A stretch of DNA of 64,000 bases from Monocercomonoides exilis PA203 (GCA_001643675.2 LSRY02000007.1:620001-684000); one strand, 5' to 3'; positions 26,352 to 39,211 are shown, counted from the stretch's first letter. A program made the numbers and translations. The notes: generated from the sequence alone by a model not told the origin.

Positions 26352-28032
26352 TCACAGCAGATCAATGATGAATCTGATGATGCCATAGACCAAAGCAAAT
26401 GCCCCATACAAAATAGCAAAGATGGCAAAGATGTTGTGCGACCACCAGCCAGAATAAGGCGTGCGCCACTCTTCTTTGCACACTCGCTTTGAGTACATGT
26501 GAAAGACAGCTGGAATGAAGATAACCAGAAAGATGGCTGAAAGCCCACAAAACTTCACAATAATCCCCAGCGACGGCATAATCAGCCCCAGCACGAACGG
26601 CGGCACAGTCACAATATAGCGGAACAGCAAAGGCCCAAACCGTCCGCATTTTACTTGAAGCGATTTGGGAAGGGCCGAATAGAACGAATAGCCGATGCTT
26701 CCCGCAACAAGAGGATAAGTGGAGATCATATTCAGCATCGGGAACAGCATCACCCCAAACTTGACAATTTGAGAAATCCAGTTCGTCTCTACAGGCTGCA
26801 CACCGTGGAGCGCAGCATCGTCAGAAGTGAGAGGCGTGAACCCTCTTCTCCCGTAGCGCGCCCAGTTCAGAATCACATACTGAAGCACGTCGCCTCCAAG
26901 CGCCATTGGCAAGAGGACAGCCAACGCGATGTATATGACAGCTGACGAGGTGATCGCGAGAACTGTTGCCTTTGCTGCAGCTTTCTTTCCACGCTTCATT
27001 GGAGTCAAAATGTTTGGCAAGTTGTATGAGCAGGTGAACGCAAACGACACTGAAGAGAAAAGACCCGGAAAGCCAGACATTTCCACTGAATACCATTTTG
27101 GATGCAAATGTGGATCGGACAAAGTGGATTCTGGTGGATTGAGCCATGGCGATCCGTTGTAAACAAGAGAGACAATACAAGACACGAAAATGAGACCAAA
27201 TGCCACAAAACGATAGATTGTGAAGAACGTTTGTATGAATGCCATTTTCCCCATGTCAAACAACTCCAGTATCAAAACGATGACTGCAAGCACTATTGTT
27301 GAAATGCAATATGAAAAGAAGCATAAAGAAGATGGGTTCAGTTCGATAATGCAATCTTCTGGATCTTGAACAATATATTTCATGATTAGATTTGCAGAAG
27401 TTGAAGAAAACATGGAAACATATGCCCATAAAGAACCAACTGCGTAGAATAGGAACACAATATGGCAAAACCATTCTCCAACTTTTCCTGAGAATATTTT
27501 TGAAGATTCTGAGTATTCAATTTGGCGAAATGTAAACTGGTTTAAATCTGAAGTGTGCCTAATTCCATATTTTCTAGCTGTATCAAGGCCTCTAGCTCTT
27601 GCAACATTTTCAAGAACCTTGATGATGGATAAATTATTTCAAAAAAAAAAAGATGCAAACCCAGATTGCACAAAGAATTGCAAAAACAGCAGATATCAAA
27701 GTTAATCCAATAGATAATGGTAGACCAGAATGATAAAACGTGTATGGGACAGCTAAAGTTCACGGAAAACAATTTTTCATTTCAGAAAAAAATTATTTCA
27801 TTGTTTTTTCAAACCAAAAAATCCAGTTCCAACAATCACATTAATAACAACTCCGAATGCACCACATGAGCCCATTTCTTAATTTTATTTATTCAAAAGA
27901 AAAATACAAAATATTAAAAAATGAAAGCAAATAAAAACCTGTTTTTCCATTTGACTGCTCGTCTTCAAACCCAGAATCAGGGCTTATTAGTGACATACTA
28001 ACATCATATGGATCTTCGTGAAGAGGGGGCAT
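26352..28032 (-). CDS. Amino-acid transporter, Aa_trans/SLC38-like (TMEM104-like)
   Basis: GVVINVIVGTGFFAVPYTFYHSG, QIEYSE, YAVGSLWAYVSMF and FPMLNMISTYPLV, with about 11 hydrophobic segments. Three short introns in the 5' part. Confidence 0.85.
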
Positions 28033-28479
28033 AATTGTTAACCTCCAGCTTCTACAGAAAAGGTTATTAACTTGATCTCATATATATTATTATTTAAATT
28101 TTCTGACTGTATAAAAACAATAAATAAAGAATTCCATATTAAAATTAAAAACTCCTTATATTTCAATAACAAAACTTAGTAACAAAACGAGCAAATAGAA
28201 AACTTAAAACAAACAAATTAACAAAAAAGAGAGCGAGCAAAAGCTAAAACATAATTTTTCAAAAAAACCATTGTATAAACATTTGATCCCCTCTTATGAT
28301 TTAATAAACACTAAACAAAAAAGCAACAGTAATGTTTGTAACAAAAAAATAGTACTTTAAATTCAACGGAAATGCAAACTAAATAAATACAAATTCTTGA
28401 AGAAAAACAAGTTAATAAACATACCTCAACGTTTATGCGGTGTAAGAAATGAAAAAAAATATACAGAAAAATGAAAGAC

Positions 28480-28580
28480 AAATAGAAAGAAAGAAATAGA
28501 AAGAAAGAAAATGGAAAAAGAAAAAGAAAGAAATTTCATTAAAAAAAAATAATGATAATAATGATAATAATAATAATAAT
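28480..28580 (+). repeat. (AAAG)n and (TAA/TGA)n microsatellites
   Basis: atagaaagaaagaaatagaaagaaagaaa... followed by aatgataataatgataataataataataat. Confidence 0.7.
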
Positions 28581-28613
28581 TAGAAAAGCATTAGAACTCC
28601 CACGTCAATCACG

Positions 28614-31600
28614 TTAATTCTGCAGTTCATAATCAGAAACAGTTGAGTCCCCCGATTCCGACTGAGAGTGCGTATTGTCCGTTTCCTCAGACAATGAACC
28701 GGAACTTTCATCTTCTCCATTCTCTTCTCCATTCTCTTCCATATTCTCTTCATCGCTTTCCTCTTCAGATTGCATGCTCATTGGCGAAAAAGGCGATTGA
28801 TCATCATCACGAATGTCAGTGTGTGATGACTGGGAAGGCGTATTGAGCTCATAGGGAGAAGGAGGAGAAGAAGAAGAAGAATTCAAGAAGTAGCTGTTGT
28901 TTCCCATTGGCTTGGTTTGAGGAGAGAGGGCAGAAGACGGCTGAGAAGTTTGTGCTGCACTTGTTGGGGTAAGATATCCAAAGTATGTGCCTGCAGAAAC
29001 AGCTTGGTTGTTGCTGATGATCTGTGTGGGAGCATAAGTGTAGGAAGGATGAGAAGAAGAAGGAGGAGGAGAGGGAGGAGGAGAATGAGGAGGAGGAGAA
29101 GAAGGAGGAGGGGACAAAGAAGATGGAGAAAAAATTGCTGCTGCTTGTTGGAGCAAGGCTTCCTGTGAAGGAATTGTAATCAGCTGATTTGCTGTGTTGA
29201 ATAACCTGTTCGCATCAAGCGGAGGAGAAGTTGGGTTGAATGAAGGGAAGAACGAGCAGTCTGCAGAAGGAGGAGGAGAAGAAGAAGATAATGAAGATAA
29301 TGAAGAAGAAGATAATGAAGAAGAAGATGATGATGAGGATGATGATGATGGCAAAGACGAAGTAAAGGCACGGCCTTGGAGAAGAGAAGGAGAAGAAAAA
29401 GAAGAAGAAGAAGAAGATAAAGTGAATGGAGAGTTGATCATGGCTGTGCCTACTGGAGGAGGAGATGACGGAGCAGCCTGGGAAAAGGGAAGGGAATTGG
29501 AGAAGGAGTAGCCATAAGCTAGTGGAGTTGAAGGAGAAGGAGAGGAAGAGGAAGACAGAGACGAATGAACAGGAACAGAGAATGGCGGAGGAGAAGAAGG
29601 AACAGGAGAATTTTGTGAATACTGTTGGTGCTCAATTGGCGACTGGGTTTGGGAGGAAGAGGCAGTGAAGCTGTTGAGCAGAGAAAAGGGGATGGAAGAG
29701 GAAGAAGAAGAGGAAGAAGAGGAATAGGAAGAAGTATAAGAAGGTGATGATGATGGTGGCGAGGAAGACGGAGGAGGAGGAGGAGTGAGGCTGGTCAACG
29801 AAAACAGTCCAGAAGAAGAAGAAACAGGAGGAGGAGATGTTGAAGAAGAAGACGAAGAAGACGATGATGATGATGAAATTTTTTGATTTAATGGAGCAAT
29901 CACAGCGTAAGACGGTGGCGTTGAAATCATCACATACTGCTGCTGCTGCTGCATTGAGAGTGATAGTGGCTGTGCTTGTGTTTGTGTTTGTGTTTGTGTC
30001 TGTGCTGTTGGCAGTTGAAACTGCTGATACTGCGGATACGATTGGCTTTGTTGGTTAATTTGATTCGTTTGGCTCATTTGAATTTGTTGGAATTGCTGAA
30101 ACGACTGCCCGTTTAGCATCTCCTGCCGCGTCAATTGAGAAGCATAGTGTTCTGATGGCTGACAGTTCTGAGCAAGTCTTGAAAGGTAGACAGCATTCAG
30201 ATGGGCAAGCTGTGCGGAGTTGTTATACTGAAACGTGAAGGGCTGAGAAGACGAGGGTGTTTGGGTAAGAGGAGCAAGAGAAGATAAAGAGAAAGGATTG
30301 AGTATGTTGGCGGATGGGTTAACAGAAGGAGAGGAGGAGGAGGAGGAAGAAGAAGAAGATGATGATGATGATGATGATGATGATGAAGGAAAAGAAGAAG
30401 ATGCAGATGCTGATGTGGATGCGGGAGAAAGAGCAGAAGCAGGCTGGGAAGAAGAAGAAGACGACGACGACGAAAGCGGCGAAGAATTTGCAGAAGAAGG
30501 GGCATGCAGCACAGAAGGAGGGGATTGTGTGAGTGATGATGTGGGAGTGAATGAGCGGGAGTCTATTTGAGAACCAGACGGTGACACAGAATGAGAAATG
30601 GAATGAGAAGGAGGCGGAGACGAGGAAGACGGCCTGGTGGGCATTGGAGCAGCAGCAGAGGAGGAAGAAGAAGAAGAAATAGATGATGTTGAGTGTGAAA
30701 GGTTAGAAGGTGTGGAAGAGGGAAGAGAATTAGCAGTCGTAGTAGTTGTTGTTGGTGCGGCAATAGCAGCAGCAGAAGAAGAAGCAACAGAAGCCGTTGA
30801 AAGCGCCTGTTGTGAACCAGAAAGCGGAGTTAACCCGCACACCAGATTCATCGATTCCTTGATTGACTTTGGAGGAGACAAAGAGAAGTTGAATGGCTGG
30901 AAGGGATTCTTCTGGCAGAACTCTAAAAAGTAAGAGAGGAATTTCGGGTCTTCTTCAAGGAGTGGGTAGCAGAAGGAGAGGAGGCGATGGATAAGAGGAG
31001 AAAGAGAGGAAAGAGAAGAAGAGGGAGAGGAAGAAGAAGAAGAGGAAGAAGAAGAAGAAGATTGTTGTGTGGTGTTGTTCTGAGCAGTGGCTGGCTGAAG
31101 AGGTGGAAAGTTGTAAAATGAAGGATGGGATGAACTAAAAAGCTGGTGAAAAGAAGGAGTTTGTGTGGGGAATGGTGTGTTAAAGTTGGAATATTGAAAG
31201 AGATTTGAAGGTTGTTGGGATTGCGTATATGAAGAAGCAGAAGAGGAGGAGGAGGTGTTGGTGATGGTGGTGGTAGATGTTGAGGCTGAACCAGAGGAAG
31301 AAGAAGAAGAAGATGTTGTTGTTGATGATGATGAAGGTAAACCCAATGGAACACCCGCACCAGGAGCCGCTAGCGAAGACGATGGCTGAATGCCTGATAA
31401 ATTCTGCTGTCCATTCATCCCGTTCATTCCACTCATCCCACTCATTCCATTCATCCCGTTCTGCAGCGAGGCAATCTGTGCTCCTTGTGGAGCAGCAAGC
31501 GAATGCTGGCTCATGTTTGCTCCAAGATGCTGGGGAGGAGGAAACTGGTGTGTTGAATAAGGCTGCTGAAGAGGCTGCTGATGAAGCTGAAGATGAGGGA

Positions 31601-33075
31601 GAGGCTGGTGGTTGCCGGCAGAGATCAGCTTGGGGAAAAAGGAGCGGGTGTGGGAAGGGTCGGAGAGGGGGTAGGCAGAGGAAGGCATTGAAGTGATAGA
31701 TGAAGGAGATATCGATGAGGAAGAAGAAGAAGAAGAAGAAGAAGATGATGATGATGATGATGATAATGAGGATAATGAAGAGGAGGTGGAAGAAGAAGAG
31801 GACAAAGCAGGAACGGGTGAAATGGATGAGGATATGGCTGGCCCAGATGACGATGAGCCGCCTGGCTGGAGCTGCTGGTTGTCTTTCTTTGCCTTCGCTT
31901 TGACTTCCACATTCACTTGCACTCCATCAACAAGTATTGACCCGTTGGTTTCAGTGACAACACGGCGAGCACTCTGAGGCAAACATGGGGTTGTTGAAGA
32001 AAACGGGAAAAGTTTGAATATTATTATAAAATAAAAAATGAGAAAGAAAAAGAACAAATTTCATCAAATTGCAATAATCATTTATTCATAAGAATATACA
32101 ATTGCAAACTCTTTCTCCTGAAATGTCATTGGCAAAAAACACTTTTCCTATCCCAGAATAATCCCCATCTTCATCCAGTGCAAGCGCAATTCTTATGACA
32201 ACTCCATATTTTTTCATTTCTTCCATGAGACAGTCATAAAACTGTTTTTTGTTTTCCTCTCTTCTCTGTTTAGAGACTTTCTCATCTTTCATATCGTTTT
32301 CTGTGATATCTTGCTTTCTTCCTATTTCTCCTCTCCTTTTCCACTCAAAATTTAATCTCACGCAATTGTCCAAAAGCCAAGAATCGCTCCAAAGCACTTT
32401 CAAAGATTTATTCTGAAAATGTTTCACAGCTGTTTCTCTTTTGGCTTTTTCGGCTTCAGATCGCTTTGAATACCGAACAAAAGCTATTTCTCCATCATCA
32501 CTTAATTCACAATGTTCAATTGTTCCAAAAGGTCTAAATTAATTGGTAATAATTCAAATCAATAAAAAACCACGTTTACCAAAATTTTTCATGCTCCAAT
32601 TAAATTCAAACCTGAAGAATGCAATGACATCATTCACTGTAATGTCTGTTGGCAAATTACTTATTCTTAAAGACGCATTACGCTTTGCTTCTCCAATTCT
32701 GACAGATTTACCACGAAGTTTCTAAATAAAAAAATGTGTGAAAACATTATAATTTCAAAATATGCTTCAGCATACAAAAACATGAGGCTTTTCTAAAATT
32801 GCTTGGACAGGTGCGCTGTCTGTAAAATAAACAAAGCTAAAACGTTTTGGATTTTGCTGTGATTTATCAAGTTTGACATTCTTAATGGTACCGTATTCTT
32901 GAAAAAGTTTCTTAAGATCTTCTTCTGTGATTCCCGGAGGCATATCTCCCACAAATATGCCTTCTAATAATTTGAAAAATAAATATTTGCAAAATATTTA
33001 TATTCAAAAAAATAAATGGAAAATACTTCCATCATCATCTGAAAAATCATCGTTGCGTTGATGCTCTTGTTCCAT
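28614..33075 (-). CDS. RNA-binding protein with three N-terminal RRMs and a ~1050-aa Ser/Pro/Gln low-complexity tail
   Basis: RRM1 IFVGDMPPGITEEDLKKLFQEYGTI..RFSFVYF; RRM2 LRISNLPTDIT..FGTIEHC..IAFVRY; RRM3 MKKYGVVIRI..GIGKVFF..NG..VDGVQVNVE. Several introns; last exon lies within ORF 28614-32057. Confidence 0.85.
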
Positions 33076-33618
33076 TTCGAATATAACTATTATTTATTTT
33101 GTTATTAGAGTTTTTATTGAGAATAAAAACCCAACTTTCGATCTGAAAATCAAAAGTATGTAACAATGATTGATCACTTTCATGATGATTGTTCTATGAT
33201 GACTCCCGCTTAAAAATTCGCAGAAAAAAATAAAATAACTCTTATGAGTTAGTGAAAAAAGTTTAAAAACATGCGTTATTGTTTTTTTAAAATGTTTAAA
33301 AATTGAAATATTTATTAAAGAATTTGAAATATAAATTATAGAAATTCTTTAATAAAATCATAATTACGAATAAGTGTCTCTAACAATTAGCAATGAAAAA
33401 GAAAACATTGAACGAATTAACATTTAAAGATAAAAAGAAAATAGTTGAAGTTTAATTTGTTAATAACAATAAATCTTCAATGCAATCTCATCGACAAATT
33501 TCAAAAATAAAATCAATAAACATTCAATGACTATACATCATGTCACGGCTATTTTTCCATATATTATTTTTGTGAATCAAAAATGCTGATTTGAAAAATT
33601 GCGCCACAATCCGCTCAT

Positions 33619-36600
33619 CTATTTAGTATCGTTGATTGGCTTGTATTGTCTTCGCTTTTTCCTCTTGACTACGCAAACAGCAGTCACTATAATCGCAACA
33701 ACAACAATTATTAAAAATGCGCACGACGATGCAATTATAATTATCAGTTGAGTGGATGTTAATGTTTTTGGATCCTCTTTCTTCTGATTTACCAAAACAA
33801 GATTTTGAGAGTATCTCTTTTCTCCTTCTATCACTCCACTCGGATATGATAAGCGGCATATCACAGATGTGTACTCGTCCACATCAAAAATGGACTGAGG
33901 AATCTTCACTCTTATTTCGGTCTCATTCACATACTCCGAAATTGAGTAGTCGTTCCATTCCATTCCTTGTCCTTTCTTTTTTTTGGATGCTTCAAATGAA
34001 AGTCCACAAGGAAACAAAAAGCTTCCACGAACAATTGCTTCGACTTCCTTCTCAGCACCTTCTTTGCTCTGCATTGCATTCAAATTGCTCTTGTTCTCTT
34101 TCTCAATTGTCACATTCTTCAAAATAGACGAAAAGAAATAAGAGTTCATGTTCTCAGCAGCTGCTCCAATTGGCTTTATTTCGGTAACCATTCCAAACGG
34201 CCTTTCGTCCAATCCGTCGCTTCCTGGTGCCAAAGAGTGGATAGAAGCCCAATTAAACTCTGATTTTGCGTTGATTCTGATGTTGTGTCTCATTGAAGGA
34301 TACTTCTCCCAATTCTCTCCAATCGGATGATTATTCATAAAACTACAATTAGTTATGCTCAGAGCAGTTGAAGAAGATAGAATAGCCCCCTCACTGATAT
34401 CAGTAAATGTGCTGTCATCGAAGCTTGTGTGGAAAGATCCTCGAAGAAATACAAGCCCAGAATCCCACGAACACAATGGATTATCTTCCTCGTTAATTTT
34501 GAATTCTGCACCAGAATTTGATTCCATTTCATCCATGTTCTCAAAGTATTTATTGTTATGAATTTGGTTATTGTTTTGACTGTTTCTTGTAATATTTCCA
34601 TTTCTTCCTTGAACAGTCAACTGGGTGATTTCGCCAGTTCCTTCCTCATAAGTAATCAGCGTGTATGGTAAAGGCTTTCCTTCTCCGCCAAGTACATTTT
34701 CTCCTTTTAAGCCCGTGTACCAGGGCCTGAACACAACATCAGTCATTTTCAAATAAAAAGAGCCATATACAATATTAAGTGCATCTCCTTCAATAGCATC
34801 AGGATATTCTATGTCAATGTGTTCGAAATTGATTTGATAATTGTTCATCTCAAACACAGCAATTGAATCATCCGCCTTGATGTTGGAGCCAACACGGAGT
34901 GTCCCCCGATTTGGAGCTGTTGTTGACAGAGAAGAAGAGAAAGTCTTTGGTGCTGATGAAAGCATCACAAATTGATCGATTAATAACGGCTCATCGACAT
35001 AAACCCTATCAATGATGAGCATTGTCAAACCTCCATTTTGCATTCCATGATGAATTCCTGTGCTGATCAGATCGCATGGCTCTTCTGCTCTTCCGCATGT
35101 CTTCGCTTTGCTGGATGCTTCTCCTCCGACATATATGTTTTTTGAATGATAAGGTAATCTATTTTTTTCGTCGCTCAAAAGATCAACAATTTTGCTTTCT
35201 CCTTCTTTTCTTTCCTCAAGAAGCATATAATTCTGCTTTCCATAAATCCCTTCCATCTCAAATTCAAAGATCTCTTCGTCTATCTGCTCCCGTCCAACTG
35301 GCAAAGAAATGAAAATGTATTCGCCTTTGTCGGCACTACAGTTCGTGAATGCTATGTCATTCAATCGAAGTCTCAGTTTATCTGTTGCCTCGTCAATTGC
35401 GCGAATGAACATAGCTCCTCCTTTTGATTCTTCATTAAACTTTGAATTCATCTCGCCTGCTATTGTCTGTGGACTTTTGCATGAGCAGTTAATGAATTTC
35501 AGACCGTAAAATGAACTAAAATAACCACGTTTTCCAAGCTCCAAATACAGTGCTCCACCAATCTTGTGTTCAACCGAGTAGCAACTTGAAAACGTCAAGT
35601 CATACCCAGAGACGGAAATGCACCCGCTCAAAATTGTGACAACAGATTGAGTCTTGCTCGTGGTTGTTATCGAGTCGAATACAACCCCAATCAGATCTAC
35701 ATTTTTTGTGTTATCTGCAAGCATCAATGCGAAGGCGGATGTGAATTGCTCGAAAACCGTTTCTCGAATTTCGAAGTCACCAATCTTGCATTCAATCAAA
35801 ACACAGTTCAGTGCTTGTTTTGAATCCTTTGCAGTTATGTTAACTCGATAAATGCGGAATCTTGCATTTTCTCCATCGCCCACAAAAAGTCCATTGTCTC
35901 GCCCGCTTTTTCGTGTTGTATCCACTTCAACTTTTGCTCTATAAAGTTCTAAATATGCTCCCTGCTTCACGTTGAACATCCCCTCACCCTGCTGAACTTT
36001 CGTTTCATCAAGAGCAGTTGCTATTGCAATTGCGTTATCGTTTGCGTTAGTTATATGAATGCTCTTCCCTTTAACTGTTATTGGCTCTGTATCGTATTTA
36101 TTGCATTCTTCCGTTGTATAGACTGTGAAAGCCCTTCCTGGAAGACAATTCTCTATTGCTTGCTTTATCGTTTTACATGCAGTTTTTCCTGGTTGTCCGC
36201 ATTCTGCGCTATCAACTCCGTTTTCTGCGTCTGTGTTGATGTTCAGATAACCAACTCGCAGCCAATCATCATGAATGGCAGTAGAGCCGTCTTTTTTCAT
36301 CACACACACTCGATTCCCCTCTGCCATGCTGAATGAAGAATCATCAAAAGGCGTTTCAATCAATTCTGAATCTCCATTGCATCTGATCGTTGCATCATTT
36401 CCTCTGCCTTCCGCTTCATTTTTGTTGAAAAAACAGTTTTTAAATAAAATAGTATCTCCTTTGATCTCTTCTTTGCCTAAAATAACTTCAACTCCTCCTC
36501 CATTCTCCGCTTTGCATTGTTCAAATGATACATTTTTGCATTCAAATTCTGCCATTTGAGTCAAGTCAAATACCAGAAGCCCTCCGCCATCTTCGATTGC

Positions 36601-37716
36601 CTCGCATTCGTAAAATTCTACATTCTCCAATTTCACTTTTCCTTTTGTTGCACCAATCATCACCCCTCCACCTCGTGAAGCTTTTCCGTTGAATCTTGTA
36701 TTCAAAATGTTTAGAACACTTTCCGGATGGAGCATTTCAAAATAAAAGCATCCTCCTTTTGACGATTGTTGAGATTTTGCCGAAGAGGCAAAGCATTTGG
36801 AAATTGTAATTGCAACTTTTTGGTCTGCTCCGCTTTTAGAGTCTGCCAATGCAGCATCTCCGCTTTTTCGCTCAACTGACCATAGATTGCTTCCTTCTAA
36901 CGTAAATGAAGATGGAAGTTCAAGTGCGCAATCTTTGTTCAGTTTCACGTTATCGATGTTAAATCCTTTCAGCTTTTGCACGTTAACGCCTTCGGAGATG
37001 TGTAAAATAACCGCATTAGAGAGATAGTAATAGAAATAAGATTCAAAGCTAAATTCATCTATTGTGACTTTTCCCTCAGTAACCATCAGCACAGAAAATG
37101 GAGCGTAATCATCCGTCCATTTCTCAATATAAATACCACAATCACGTATTGTCAGGTCTCCACTTACTCCTTTTGAGAGAATGATTGCTGTTGATTCGTC
37201 GGTTTCCTTCTGCCCCTCTAAAGGTTTCAACGGAAGAAGATTGAAGGTGATATGTTCCAGCTTCAAAATCTTTTCGTTTGTCAAATGGAATTTTCCTTTT
37301 GTAGCCAGCTCATTCAAATCAAATGTCATCGTTCTTCTGAATGATTGCTGAGAATTTGTCGTTATTGTCAGGCTGAAATCCTCTGAAAACAAAAAGCCAT
37401 AGAGCATTGATGCAGAATCAATAATCTTTAGTATTTTGGCTTCAGCATTTTTCCCAAGTTGCTCAATTCCTTTCGCAATCGTTTTGCACGGATCAGCTTC
37501 AGTTCCGCAATCTTGAATGTTGTCGTCGCCTTTTTCAGAAACAAAAATTGTTATAAATTCTGCTTCTTTTGCTATAAAATCACTTTTTAAATAAGTGCTG
37601 TTGATGTTGTTTGCATCAAAAGCGCAAAAATCTGAAAAAGCGCAAATCAAAGCAATGATTGAAATTCTCATTTTTATATTATATATCGTTATGATCGATG
37701 ACATTTTTTTCTCCAT
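33619..37716 (-). CDS. Intronless type-I surface protein of the same family: 3 CG-x5-PC/GGA modules, TM, short tail, no kinase domain (1365 aa)
   Basis: Signal-like N-terminus. Motifs CGTEADPCKTI, CGQPGKTACKTI, CGRAEEPCDLI and GGA/GGG+FxxN repeats. Shares CSWDSG..NNHP..YPSMRHNI..GSDG..FF..GSFLFPCGL with the other two members. TM followed by KRKKRRQYKPINDTK. Confidence 0.9.
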   Translation of the reverse strand: MEKKMSSIITIYNIKMRISIIALICAFSDFCAFDANNINSTYLKSDFIAKEAEFITIFVSEKGDDNIQDCGTEADPCKTIAKGIEQLGKNAEAKILKIIDSASMLYGFLFSEDFSLTITTNSQQSFRRTMTFDLNELATKGKFHLTNEKILKLEHITFNLLPLKPLEGQKETDESTAIILSKGVSGDLTIRDCGIYIEKWTDDYAPFSVLMVTEGKVTIDEFSFESYFYYYLSNAVILHISEGVNVQKLKGFNIDNVKLNKDCALELPSSFTLEGSNLWSVERKSGDAALADSKSGADQKVAITISKCFASSAKSQQSSKGGCFYFEMLHPESVLNILNTRFNGKASRGGGVMIGATKGKVKLENVEFYECEAIEDGGGLLVFDLTQMAEFECKNVSFEQCKAENGGGVEVILGKEEIKGDTILFKNCFFNKNEAEGRGNDATIRCNGDSELIETPFDDSSFSMAEGNRVCVMKKDGSTAIHDDWLRVGYLNINTDAENGVDSAECGQPGKTACKTIKQAIENCLPGRAFTVYTTEECNKYDTEPITVKGKSIHITNANDNAIAIATALDETKVQQGEGMFNVKQGAYLELYRAKVEVDTTRKSGRDNGLFVGDGENARFRIYRVNITAKDSKQALNCVLIECKIGDFEIRETVFEQFTSAFALMLADNTKNVDLIGVVFDSITTTSKTQSVVTILSGCISVSGYDLTFSSCYSVEHKIGGALYLELGKRGYFSSFYGLKFINCSCKSPQTIAGEMNSKFNEESKGGAMFIRAIDEATDKLRLRLNDIAFTNCSADKGEYIFISLPVGREQIDEEIFEFEMEGIYGKQNYMLLEERKEGESKIVDLLSDEKNRLPYHSKNIYVGGEASSKAKTCGRAEEPCDLISTGIHHGMQNGGLTMLIIDRVYVDEPLLIDQFVMLSSAPKTFSSSLSTTAPNRGTLRVGSNIKADDSIAVFEMNNYQINFEHIDIEYPDAIEGDALNIVYGSFYLKMTDVVFRPWYTGLKGENVLGGEGKPLPYTLITYEEGTGEITQLTVQGRNGNITRNSQNNNQIHNNKYFENMDEMESNSGAEFKINEEDNPLCSWDSGLVFLRGSFHTSFDDSTFTDISEGAILSSSTALSITNCSFMNNHPIGENWEKYPSMRHNIRINAKSEFNWASIHSLAPGSDGLDERPFGMVTEIKPIGAAAENMNSYFFSSILKNVTIEKENKSNLNAMQSKEGAEKEVEAIVRGSFLFPCGLSFEASKKKKGQGMEWNDYSISEYVNETEIRVKIPQSIFDVDEYTSVICRLSYPSGVIEGEKRYSQNLVLVNQKKEDPKTLTSTQLIIIIASSCAFLIIVVVAIIVTAVCVVKRKKRRQYKPINDTK

Positions 37717-38370
37717 TTTTCATTATTATCATTTCGATGGATTTTCCTTTTGAAAAAAGAGAAGTCGTTCATTATTTAATTCAGAAGCGGATCAAAAATA
37801 ATTGAATGATAAAACTCACTCAGAAATATTATTCTGATTAAAAATTCCCCAAAAATTATTCAAAAAAGAAAAACTTTATCTTCAAAGTCGAAAGCATTCA
37901 TTTGAAGTCAAAAAAGATTCAAGCTATGTCGAATGTTCGAAAAACTTCAAATATTCAAAAAGTTGATAATGATCAATAAAAGTGAAAAAACGTTGACGTT
38001 TTGTTGTTATTACGAAAAATCGTTGAAATTTTAAAACAATCGCAAAGGGGAAATTTGAGAAGAATTCGGGTGAATCTAATTTTCATCTGAGTGATTGTTT
38101 TTGATATCAAATTTTTTATGTCAAAATATTCGGTTAAAAAATTTGTTTTGCATTCTTGAAAATGAACTTTGAAAAGTGTAAACATCGTGAACAAACAAAT
38201 GTCATGAATGCACCTCAAACGTTTGATTGTGTTATTATTGCAATTCAAAAAACATAGAAATGATAATCTTCAAGTCAATAACAAAAGAAAATAATAAAAT
38301 CGACATCCCGAAAAAAGTTTTTATTTCAAAAATGATCACCCACATGGAAATTACCAGAACCGTGAAAAAT

Positions 38371-39211
38371 ATATGTCTGATCATTTTTGAAATTCTCATC
38401 TTTCGTTCGAATTTTGATCAAAATTTTAATCACAATGGAATTTTCACAAGAATATATTTCCTTTGAAATATAGGCAATTATTTTTATATCCATATTTTCT
38501 CTCTCAAAAATTTCGGTTTGAGTTTTCACTTTGAATGTGGATAAATGGTGTAAAATTTTTTGCTTCAGACATTTTCATTGAAAAATTATGAATTTTTTCA
38601 TTGACTTTTTGAGATTAAAAAAACTCATTCAAAATAAGTCCATTTATTGAAATTCGTGAAAAGTTTGAAAATTTTTTGTTTTGATTTCAACGATGCCTGT
38701 TCACGGATCAGAAATCAAATATACTTTGAAACCTGATTTTGTTTAATAATGTTATTAATGAAACTATTTTTCATGCTTTTTGCAATAAAAGCTTGAAAGT
38801 CCATATTTTCCCCCAAATGAACAATGAAAAGTTATTCCTCCTTTCAAAGATAATTTTGTTTTGAATATTTTCTCACGCATTGATTAAAGAAATTATTATC
38901 TTATTTTTTTTTTTAATAAATAAAATAAATTATTGGCAAACCCATACCGCAATAAGTCATTGTAATTTCACTTCTTCCACAATATCCATATTAAAGGCAA
39001 AACTTTTTTTGAGTACTTTTTTTTTGGTTAAATTATTTTTTTTTTTACTCATTTTTGAAGTTCCATATTGTCTGTCAAACATTTCGGTTTGAAATATCGC
39101 TATAAGATGTATGTATTTTCCGTTATCGTTCATTTTTCAAAAAATCCCATTGAGATTAAAATTTTGATCAAAACTCGAACGAAAGCATGATTAAAAAAGG
39201 ATCAGCCATGT
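38371..39211. mobile_element. Non-autonomous TIR element (~840 bp), same TIR family as 17871-18074
   Basis: 38371-38445 is an imperfect reverse complement of 39141-39211 (core ctttcgttcga.ttttgatcaaaattttaatc.caatgg). No coding interior. Confidence 0.7.

Noticed and set aside
28643-31977. Many + strand Glu/Asp/Lys/Arg-rich ORFs
   Set aside because: They are antisense or alternate frames of Ser/Pro triplet repeats in the RRM gene. The same applies at 15562-15852, 23880-24402 and 43442-44376.
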